Of a stretch of 64,000 nucleotides of DNA, positions 56,954-64,000 are shown in pieces. The position numbers and the translations under genes are program-made. The stretch is from a virus. Taxonomy: Duplodnaviria > Caudoviricetes. Numbering within the stretch: the stretch's first letter is position 1; each line of letters opens with the position of its first letter. The notes under the pieces were generated by a model. It was not told the DNA's origin. It did no database searches and saw nothing but the letters and a program-made list of their open reading frames with translations. The DNA lies in IMG/VR virus record IMGVR_UViG_3300014204_013734, positions 317,281-381,280 of that record; one strand, 5' to 3'.

Positions 56954-57222
56954 TCTTGACGATCATCATCAAACGGATGTTGTACGGGTTGCGATTTCAG
57001 GATCAGGCGCCACATGCCATCCTTCCAGGGTTCCACGCAAGAACCTTTCAGAATGATATCTCCTTTCCCGCCATGTCCGCAACAACTGGAAAGGGTCGTG
57101 ACACCATGTCTGTTCAAGGTATCAACAAGTTCCCTGATACAAGGGTCAATGATTTCCGGGGCCCCAATCCCTCGGCATCGGCAACGCGGCGGCTTCTTCT
57201 TGCTCACGGGTTTGGATCCCAT
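56935..57222 (-). CDS. hypothetical protein (D.CI..LN..T..SCCGHG motif)
   Basis: IDPCIRELVDTLNRHGVTTLSSCCGHG. Confidence 0.65.
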   Translation of the reverse strand: MGSKPVSKKKPPRCRCRGIGAPEIIDPCIRELVDTLNRHGVTTLSSCCGHGGKGDIILKGSCVEPWKDGMWRLILKSQPVQHPFDDDRQEWEELP

Positions 57223-57896
57223 AAGCCAACTTCCTTCCAGGAAGTTACAAAATAAAGCCGTCGGCTGTTTTCAATCAAGCCGAACAAAAAGACGTTTTTT
57301 CCGGTGTCTGTTGAGTTTATCTTGGGGTTGTGGTACAAAACTACCCATTCGTCAAATATCCGTTCTTCGTCCAACTGCAGCTTGAGGGTAGCGATGGAAG
57401 GGGGAAGGAGGTGTGTAAAATTCCGGAGCCAATCCCACTTCAAATACTGCTGAGCATTCATTTCCCAGTCGGTACTTTTTCGGATGAATTCAACTACATT
57501 CGATTCCGACAGGAAATAATTGAAACCGAAGGAACACAATTTGTTTTCCAATTTCTTGACTTCAGCTTTGGTTCGGTATTCATAAGCTAGTAAGCTTTGT
57601 CCAACTTCCTGTGCCTGTACTTGTAGAGCGTATTCCAAAACTGGGGCTGTTTCCATCTTTTGCAAAATAAGGGATACAGGCTGCGGAATGTTCCACAGCC
57701 TTAATTTCCAAAAATAACTTTTTTTAAATTTGGCCACAACCAAATCAGCTTCTTCCATGACGGGAGCTGAAAGGGGGGTTGCCCATATCCGTTCTTTGCT
57801 AGGCTCTGTATGTTTTGGAAGCACCCTGAAACGATAATCTCCATACAGTTCCAACAATCTCAGTTTGTACGTGGAATTTTTTTGCTTGATTATCAT
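57204..57896 (-). CDS. hypothetical protein
   Basis: AGGAG RBS. Confidence 0.65.
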   Translation of the reverse strand: MIIKQKNSTYKLRLLELYGDYRFRVLPKHTEPSKERIWATPLSAPVMEEADLVVAKFKKSYFWKLRLWNIPQPVSLILQKMETAPVLEYALQVQAQEVGQSLLAYEYRTKAEVKKLENKLCSFGFNYFLSESNVVEFIRKSTDWEMNAQQYLKWDWLRNFTHLLPPSIATLKLQLDEERIFDEWVVLYHNPKINSTDTGKNVFLFGLIENSRRLYFVTSWKEVGLWDPNP

Positions 57897-57905
57897 GGCT
57901 TTCTC

Positions 57906-58100
57906 CTATTCGTTTCCCAGGAATCTTGTCCTGGCTTCCTTCAAAGAAGGTCCTGTTTCCATCCGCTTGCAGAAAGGGCATCGGAACGTGTATTCACCAT
58001 CGGTGCGAATCATTTCAACACCCATCCCGTCACATTCTGGACAAATCACAGACAACGAATCGTCTTCATCCATTGGCTTCCTTTTGTATTTTATCCCCAA
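57906..58100 (-). CDS. small zinc-ribbon protein
   Basis: CPEC, CPFC. Confidence 0.5.
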   Translation of the reverse strand: MGIKYKRKPMDEDDSLSVICPECDGMGVEMIRTDGEYTFRCPFCKRMETGPSLKEARTRFLGNE

Positions 58101-58102
58101 CG

Positions 58103-58381
58103 TCAGTCACTAAAACCGTGAAAGTCATCTGCACATCCTGGCATCCAATCAAAAGATCCGTGGCCATTCCCTCGGTATTGCCACGCTTTGTTGCCCAAAC
58201 TTCGGATATATTTTTCTTGTTTGGCTGTCGGAACTGATCCCCCGTCAACCAAAACTTTCATGCTCTTTACGAAATCTGCTGCCATGTCGCTCCATTTTGC
58301 AATACATTGCAAAACGTCTTTTTTGTTGAGAAACAACACCAAATTCTGAATTGACTCTTCTTTCTTTTCACGGGTATCCAT
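58103..58381 (-). CDS. hypothetical protein
   Basis: operon position. Confidence 0.55.
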   Translation of the reverse strand: MDTREKKEESIQNLVLFLNKKDVLQCIAKWSDMAADFVKSMKVLVDGGSVPTAKQEKYIRSLGNKAWQYRGNGHGSFDWMPGCADDFHGFSD

Positions 58382-58393
58382 GTCAGTACCCCT

Positions 58394-59245
58394 TCATCCA
58401 TTCAGTCCTTTGTAAAAAAACGATAGACTCACCTTGGGGATTGCCGCACCAATCGTAATGGCCCAACACTTTCCTTTACCCTTGTCAAGGCACTTCCAGA
58501 TTGTCTCGTTTGGGTACACCCGAGACGCCCCGTTGGTGTTGGTGTAACCGGTCGTCCAATCACCCCAAGGATCGTTGACAATGAGGTCCCCTGCCTTCGT
58601 CTTGCCGATAGCAAGGACAATATGACCTGATTTGGTGAACGCCCCTGACAGAATGACCGGGGCTGTGTCAAGGGCCTTCAGAATGGTATCCTTGGTCGCT
58701 TCTGTCGTGAACTTTGCTTGAAACGCTCCGTGGCGTTTCAGGAGCCATTCCAGCATCCCCAGCACTTGCTGGGGCGGGATCTTTTGGTCTACCGCCCACG
58801 AAAAGTTTTTCTTCATATAGGCCAAAGCTTCGGGGCCATTGATTTCGTCGTAGAGGGCGTCCTCAAGCTGGACACCGTTGGTCACAGCAGGAATTCCTAA
58901 CAACCAAATCAACCCCATGGCAGTAGACGTGACGTTACACGTCCCTGACGGCTTTTTCTCGTTGTTCCGTTGGGTAAGATGCTGGACAGGAAACTTAGAC
59001 ATGAAGATGTCAACCGGTTCCAAGGAACCGACAGGGACCACTACGGACCGTGCGACCAATTCCGGTTCATCTCGAACGGTGACGGTTCCGGTAACCTTGG
59101 CCTTCGTGACCCGCTGCATCTGCAGGACAGCAACTTTCGTCTTGGCCCCGAAATCCCCGTCAACCCGGAGTTTGGTTCCGCCAAGGTTCAGTGCTGCTTG
59201 GATAGCTTCAACGGCCGTTCCTTTAGAATCTTGTGCAAGAATCAT
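58394..59245 (-). CDS. putative endolysin: PG-binding domain + C39-like peptidase
   Basis: G.AV..IQAALN..VDGDFGAKT..AV; QRNN..GTCNVTS, GHIVL, NDPWG. Confidence 0.82.
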   Translation of the reverse strand: MILAQDSKGTAVEAIQAALNLGGTKLRVDGDFGAKTKVAVLQMQRVTKAKVTGTVTVRDEPELVARSVVVPVGSLEPVDIFMSKFPVQHLTQRNNEKKPSGTCNVTSTAMGLIWLLGIPAVTNGVQLEDALYDEINGPEALAYMKKNFSWAVDQKIPPQQVLGMLEWLLKRHGAFQAKFTTEATKDTILKALDTAPVILSGAFTKSGHIVLAIGKTKAGDLIVNDPWGDWTTGYTNTNGASRVYPNETIWKCLDKGKGKCWAITIGAAIPKVSLSFFYKGLNG

Positions 59246-59748
59246 TCCAAGTATCCTTCCCAGAGAATTTTTGAAAGGGTTTCCGTCGGAACTTCTTGGA
59301 ATTCCGACACAAAAGGTTTTTCCGGGGGTTTGGGTTTTGGATGCCGAATTTCTTCTTCCGACAAGAGGATGTCTACCGCCTCCTTTTTCAGGAAGTCAAC
59401 AACACGGTTGACAACTTCTGTCATTGGAACAACTTCTTCATGCGCTAACCGATGTTCCAATATAGCTGAATCCGTAGTGTTACAGAAAGCCATTCCCATG
59501 GTATCTTTATCAATCACCCGCATCGTTATCCAAGTTGTAAGTCCACTATTGCCAGTTAGCCCGACAAAGAATGCGTGTCGAACCCTGGAGGTGTACGATG
59601 GAACTGAACCATCGCCCCACTGAAGTCTGGTTTCAAGAATTGTTTCCGAAAGTTCTGACTTGATTTGATCCGTAATCTGCTTCTTGATTTGATTCGTAGC
59701 CTTTTTCATTTTTTCACAACCCCTTCAAGAATCATTCCAAGTATCCTT
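59236..59748. repeat. 23-bp perfect direct repeat at 59236-59258 and 59726-59748
   Basis: CAAGAATCATTCCAAGTATCCTT twice. Confidence 0.9.
59242..59709 (-). CDS. hypothetical protein between direct repeats
   Basis: 155-aa ORF. Confidence 0.65.
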   Translation of the reverse strand: MKKATNQIKKQITDQIKSELSETILETRLQWGDGSVPSYTSRVRHAFFVGLTGNSGLTTWITMRVIDKDTMGMAFCNTTDSAILEHRLAHEEVVPMTEVVNRVVDFLKKEAVDILLSEEEIRHPKPKPPEKPFVSEFQEVPTETLSKILWEGYLE

Positions 59749-59750
59749 TC

Positions 59751-60293
59751 TTAAAAACTTAACCAGCCTTCAAAGAAATGAATCGGAAGTTCATGAAATC
59801 CGGTCCAATCCCCCATAGGTTCTTCTACGAATCTTAAAAAGCTTTTCAGAACTTCTTCGTCTGTTTCGTCCGTGACGAAACGTCCAATGCAACAGTCACC
59901 CACGTCCATGGTAAACCAAAAGAACCACCATTGTTTTCCGGTTCGGTCCTTTGCCAGAATCAGGACGTCATCTTCAAACATTGAAATGTTCGTATGGTAC
60001 ATCCGACCTTTTTCACAAGCCAGGGCGAAAGCTTCCTTCTTGGGCATAGGACTGGAATTTTGCCAATCTATCCCTCCCGCAGGAGCACGGAATTGGAAAC
60101 TAGCAACAATTTCGTCCCAGGACGTAGCCTTATCCAAAAGATATGCCTTTTTCAGGTCCACGTAGTTTATCATGCCGTTAAGAAGGGGCAAAGAAATGTG
60201 TGGCCACAACGTCCCCAAAGGGAACGGATCGGTTGCTACCAAATCTGATGTAAATTCCACTTCGCGGTCAAAATAGCTTAGAACGTTTTTCAT
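59751..60293 (-). CDS. hypothetical protein
   Basis: 180-aa ORF. Confidence 0.65.
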   Translation of the reverse strand: MKNVLSYFDREVEFTSDLVATDPFPLGTLWPHISLPLLNGMINYVDLKKAYLLDKATSWDEIVASFQFRAPAGGIDWQNSSPMPKKEAFALACEKGRMYHTNISMFEDDVLILAKDRTGKQWWFFWFTMDVGDCCIGRFVTDETDEEVLKSFLRFVEEPMGDWTGFHELPIHFFEGWLSF

Positions 60294-60365
60294 TTCCTAC
60301 CCTTTTCTTGAAAGACCAAGAAAAAGCATACCCTACCGATAAGTTCTACCCTTTCGGAAGGTCCT

Positions 60366-61463
60366 TCATTTTTCGTCTTCTTCAAGAGACGTGTTGTTGA
60401 ACACCTTGAAGGATGCCCGATTGTTAACCTCCTGAAGGTATTGCGCCTTAGTCGTTCTGACGACAATGCCTTCGCGAAGGCATGAAGTCCCTTCATACAA
60501 CCCTTCAGCCTTTTTGAGCCACCAACCAATATCAAGCTTTTCGCCTTCCATGGTAGTGATTTCGTCGACGGGAACCATCGGGAGGTTGTTGTTCCGGCAG
60601 AAGGCCGCAAGTTCGTGGTGCCCCCAATATTCCGCCTTACCGATGTCCCAGACATCAAACACCCGCATTTGGATGTCTGGAAGCTTAAGTTTGTTGCCGC
60701 CAAGACCGGGACCGACAACTTCCGCCTGGATGGCAATGCCTTCATTTGCTTCCAAAATCTTGTCCAGGCCATACCGGCGGAATACCCGCCAGTAGATGTC
60801 GTCCGGGGTCTCGTTAAAGGCCCAGTGGCGTCCGCAGACGTACAATTCGCCATTTAGGCGAGCAAAGGTTCCACTTGTCCCGTCACACTTCACGGTGATG
60901 ACAATTTCCTGGCCTTCCATGGCCTTAAGGATACCGGGCAAGTCCTGGAGCATCGTTTCCTTCGTACGGGGAATGCAACCGGGCATGTTGCCCTTTGGAT
61001 CGCCTTCCATCCCTTCGGGGATAGGTTTCTCAAAATGCCGGACCCCGAAGAATTCCGTCACGTCGAATCCGGGGGGAGGCAGATTGAACTTTTTGTCCCC
61101 CCAGGATTCACACCACTTATCTCCCGGGAACTTGGCTGCCCAATCCTGGAATTTTCGGTTGGTGTCAAAATCAGGGATGAGATCGTGGATGGGCAAGGCC
61201 AGTCCTTGTGACAAAGCCCCTTTGAATCGCATGGAATGGATCCGCAGGAATTCCTTCCCCTTCTTTTCCAGAAAGGCCGTCCAAGGTTTTCCTTCGGGGA
61301 GCAGGGAATCAATGGCAAAAAACACACAGGCATCCCCAGGGGCGAACTTTCCCTTCTGCACGACGAAAGACCAACCTAACCCTTGAAGGGTCGCTGATTC
61401 AATCCTGTCGGCGCCCGGTATTGGGGTCAAGGTCGCGATTTTCTGGAGGGTTGCTTCTTTCAT
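60366..61463 (-). CDS. ATP-dependent RNA ligase (DRB0094/Rnl5-like, N-terminal OB domain)
   Basis: PIPGADRIE, SQGL, motif I KCDGTS, QAEVVG, FDV, REGIV, SFKV. Confidence 0.88.
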   Translation of the reverse strand: MKEATLQKIATLTPIPGADRIESATLQGLGWSFVVQKGKFAPGDACVFFAIDSLLPEGKPWTAFLEKKGKEFLRIHSMRFKGALSQGLALPIHDLIPDFDTNRKFQDWAAKFPGDKWCESWGDKKFNLPPPGFDVTEFFGVRHFEKPIPEGMEGDPKGNMPGCIPRTKETMLQDLPGILKAMEGQEIVITVKCDGTSGTFARLNGELYVCGRHWAFNETPDDIYWRVFRRYGLDKILEANEGIAIQAEVVGPGLGGNKLKLPDIQMRVFDVWDIGKAEYWGHHELAAFCRNNNLPMVPVDEITTMEGEKLDIGWWLKKAEGLYEGTSCLREGIVVRTTKAQYLQEVNNRASFKVFNNTSLEEDEK

Positions 61464-61464
61464 G

Positions 61465-61851
61465 TCACCATTCTCCGAAATCTTCCATGGGTTCTTCCGG
61501 TGCAGGTGCGTCACAGGTGGACAGGATAGCGACTGCTACTCCTTGCAGGAATGCTCTCACACGACCCATGAAGACCTGAACCTTTATTAAGGAATCCGTA
61601 TTCAATCCCAATACATCAACAGTCTTTTCTGAACCTTTGTCCAGGGTTTGGTGGAGGCGAAGGATAGCAAATCCGATTTTATCACCGTCCGTAATGACGG
61701 ACGTGTTCACGGACGCTTCCAAAGTCCACTGCCATACGTGAACTTTGAGCACTACCCCGCCAATGCGGTCGGAAACATGTACTTTGGCGCCGGGCAAGGC
61801 ATCTTTCAATGCCTTGATAAGAGAATCTTTGGTTATTTCGGGGTTACTCAC
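61465..61851 (-). CDS. hypothetical protein
   Basis: GTG start after GGGAG, overlaps upstream gene. Confidence 0.55.
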   Translation of the reverse strand: MSNPEITKDSLIKALKDALPGAKVHVSDRIGGVVLKVHVWQWTLEASVNTSVITDGDKIGFAILRLHQTLDKGSEKTVDVLGLNTDSLIKVQVFMGRVRAFLQGVAVAILSTCDAPAPEEPMEDFGEW

Positions 61852-62113
61852 ACACGATCTCCCACAAACCCTCCCACAAACTGGAATTGGTCCCCGGTCG
61901 GTCAAGCTGCATACCACAACCGTGCCAACCATCAAAATTCCAACCGTACCATTGCCGCGAAAAATACCCTGCAAAGTATTTACCCTTGATCAGGGCTAGG
62001 TACTGTTTCCGGCAAACAATGTCAGGGTGGTCGTGAAAGGATCCCGCACCGGGACCGCCTTTTGTCGAAAAACACTTGCTAAGATCAACTTCTTTCAACA
62101 CAGGCGTTTCCAT
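61844..62113 (-). CDS. hypothetical protein
   Basis: AAAGGA RBS; Trp-rich C-terminus. Confidence 0.6.
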   Translation of the reverse strand: METPVLKEVDLSKCFSTKGGPGAGSFHDHPDIVCRKQYLALIKGKYFAGYFSRQWYGWNFDGWHGCGMQLDRPGTNSSLWEGLWEIVCE

Positions 62114-62127
62114 GGGAAATTTCCTTT

Positions 62128-62155
62128 GAACGGGGGTCCCGTAGGACCCCCGTTC
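62128..62155 (-). terminator. 12-bp stem with UNCG tetraloop (terminator or mRNA stabiliser)
   Basis: GAACGGGGGTCC-cgta-GGACCCCCGTTC; C(UACG)G on minus strand, just after the stop; no clear U-tract. Confidence 0.6.
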
Positions 62156-62160
62156 TGTTT

Positions 62161-62994
62161 TCAGTCTGTAGTGGCGTTCGCGTCAAACGCTGCGGGAATA
62201 TTCAGCACGATGTAGACGTTCCCCGCCGAAGGGACGCACACGTAGGTTGTGCCGGGGACGAAAGGCCTTGCGCCGTCCAGGCTGTTGAACGCGACGCGGG
62301 CGTCGGACCGTGTGATCGTGTAAGGCTTCCACTCAGGGTTCTGACCCTGACCCGGATCCGTGAGGCTGACTTCCGCTTCGGAAGTGGTCTGCCTGACAAA
62401 CACAGGAGCCCCGCCATGCAGGGGAGTGCCGGCCAGCTTCGCGGCAGCTTCCAGGGCCCGGCGAGGGACGGCGAGACGACCGTCCGGCCACACCCTGGCC
62501 ACATAGTTAGACGCCATCATAAGGGCCGCCGTGACGGCTTGCGGGCTGTCCAGGGTCGGATCAGCGTTCCCGTCAGGGGCAGGGGCATCGTCCATGGAAC
62601 CGCCGGGCTTCGGAATGTAGATTTCAAATTCGGCGTTCTGGACGGCTTCCGCCTCGGGGCCATACACGAAGACTTCCGTGCCGGCCGGGGTCCGGTCAGG
62701 ATAAAGGCCAGCACAGATACGCATGTCCTGCCAGGGGTAGACCCCGGTGCCGTTTTCGTCCACGTAGAACGGGAGTTCCTGGTCATGGAACATATCCCGC
62801 ACGAAGGTGCCGACGGATGCAACGGCAAAACGCATGTCGGGACGATGCGTTCGCAGAGCAGCGGACACTTCTCCACTGGTGTAGCATTGGCCGGCTTCCG
62901 TCCAATAGCCGATCAATGCCGTGACGGCATCACGCCAATCCGTGGCGTTCTTGATGACTTCGGAAATCTTGGGGTCGTCAATCTTAGTGTTCAC
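62161..62994 (-). CDS. hypothetical protein, possible AbrB/MraZ-like C-terminal domain
   Basis: AAAGGA RBS; VWPDGRLAVP; visibly GC-richer than neighbours. Confidence 0.6.
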   Translation of the reverse strand: MNTKIDDPKISEVIKNATDWRDAVTALIGYWTEAGQCYTSGEVSAALRTHRPDMRFAVASVGTFVRDMFHDQELPFYVDENGTGVYPWQDMRICAGLYPDRTPAGTEVFVYGPEAEAVQNAEFEIYIPKPGGSMDDAPAPDGNADPTLDSPQAVTAALMMASNYVARVWPDGRLAVPRRALEAAAKLAGTPLHGGAPVFVRQTTSEAEVSLTDPGQGQNPEWKPYTITRSDARVAFNSLDGARPFVPGTTYVCVPSAGNVYIVLNIPAAFDANATTD

Positions 62995-63050
62995 GGTCTT
63001 TTCCTTTCAAAAGGGTTCAGTTTACGCCCCTTCTTGGGGCTTACGTTAGG

Positions 63051-63079
63051 ACTACCGGGAAGAAAGAGATTCCAAGCCG
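63051..63079 (-). promoter_or_regulatory. CGGCTTGGAA-N13-GGTAGT motif (copy 6)
   Basis: reverse-complement exact motif upstream of 62994. Confidence 0.75.
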
Positions 63080-63091
63080 GAAAAGAACCCT

Positions 63092-63346
63092 TTAACGCGG
63101 GTAATTCAAGGTAAATACCAAAATACCCGTCATGAGCACCAAACCCCACACACACAGTGCCCGAACCCAACCGATACCTGTATTCACGGGTTCTCGCCCA
63201 ATGTATCGGGCAACAATCCGGTCAAGAATATCACCGGGGACGTTGCTTACATGGCAGCAGTGAAGATTATGGAGGGCGTAAAGTACCCCCGAAAATCCTG
63301 CCAGCACGAGAAACAAACCCGTCCCTTGTCCTTGAATAGAAATCAC
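63092..63346 (-). CDS. small two-TM membrane protein
   Basis: GAGG RBS, hydrophobic segments. Confidence 0.55.
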   Translation of the reverse strand: MISIQGQGTGLFLVLAGFSGVLYALHNLHCCHVSNVPGDILDRIVARYIGREPVNTGIGWVRALCVWGLVLMTGILVFTLNYPR

Positions 63347-63353
63347 AGATCCC

Positions 63354-63680
63354 TCATTCCCTTCTTTTCCGGTCGGACCTTCTAAGCCCCAACAGAATAA
63401 AGGCGTAAATAACTATTAGGATTAGTTCTGACCCGTCACCTTGGTTTTTGTCAAAACCAAATATCATCAGGACAACTCCCGCTCCCCAAAATGCACCGGA
63501 AATCCACAACCAAACCGCCCGTTTGGACAGGACGATGCCAGGAGGGAATTCATTGTCCAACCTGACAGTCATCGTCAGGAAAGGTGGAAGCTTGTCCTTT
63601 CTAACTTGAATGAGCAATGTCCAAATGATGAGGATAGCCCCGATTCCAATAAAGGCTATTCCAATGTCGTACATTAGCAT
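63354..63680 (-). CDS. three-TM membrane protein
   Basis: hydrophobic helices, TAATG coupling. Confidence 0.65.
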   Translation of the reverse strand: MLMYDIGIAFIGIGAILIIWTLLIQVRKDKLPPFLTMTVRLDNEFPPGIVLSKRAVWLWISGAFWGAGVVLMIFGFDKNQGDGSELILIVIYAFILLGLRRSDRKRRE

Positions 63681-64000
63681 TAGTCAACCTCCTCAGCAAG
63701 GATGTTTTGCACATCCTTCAGCATTTCTTCAGAAAGTGCGTAATCCGCGAAGGACCCTTGTTCCATTCCTGGAATAGCATCCAATCGTTCGGCAGCTTTT
63801 AAAGCCTTCACATGAGATCGCTCACGGCTTCCAATCGCCAACCCGCTTGGAAGATGCGTAATGATCCACTTACCGGCAGTCTTGGGGTTTTCGTGAATCC
63901 CAATCCACCTGAACTTGTAGCCATGAACTTCTTCGCACACAACGCCCCCATAAAAACCGTTCCCTACCGCAATCTTGTAATCCCCTTCAACGGTTTCCAT
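63680..64000 (-). CDS. hypothetical protein (may extend beyond window)
   Basis: WIITHLPSGLAI motif; at window edge. Confidence 0.6.
   Translation of the reverse strand: METVEGDYKIAVGNGFYGGVVCEEVHGYKFRWIGIHENPKTAGKWIITHLPSGLAIGSRERSHVKALKAAERLDAIPGMEQGSFADYALSEEMLKDVQNILAEEVD

Noticed and set aside
1-64000. tRNA/rRNA genes and alternative genetic code
   Set aside because: No cloverleaf or rRNA signature seen by eye (tRNAscan not run); genes are intact under the standard code and all three stop codons are used

Overview
This window looks like a segment of a large (jumbo-type) bacteriophage genome. Evidence: dense overlapping operons of mostly hypothetical genes, family-A DNA polymerase, stand-alone CHC2 zinc finger, PAPS-reductase-family protein, thymidine enzymes (tdk, tmk, thyX), family-4 UDG, two DNA methyltransferases, ADP-ribose/nucleotide enzymes, RNA ligase, a 1876-aa His-repeat fibre protein and a PG-binding/C39 endolysin. 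I saw no rRNA, tRNA, cas or integrase genes. Most striking: (1) an orphan leader-R-S-R-S-R-terminator CRISPR-like mini-array whose repeats keep their hairpin but not their sequence; (2) a REC-TM / GAF-PAS histidine kinase / REC cassette with no DNA-binding output; (3) a [KR]VAxxW + [KR]xA signature shared by unrelated proteins, including a 2H phosphoesterase, which may mark capsid-packaged, protease-processed cargo; (4) an 11-kb glycosyl-/pyruvyl-/methyltransferase cluster; (5) six copies of a promoter-like motif CGGCTTGGAA-N13/14-GGTAGT; (6) a gene flanked by a 23-bp duplication of the endolysin RBS/start. All family calls come from reading motifs by eye; no database searches were run.
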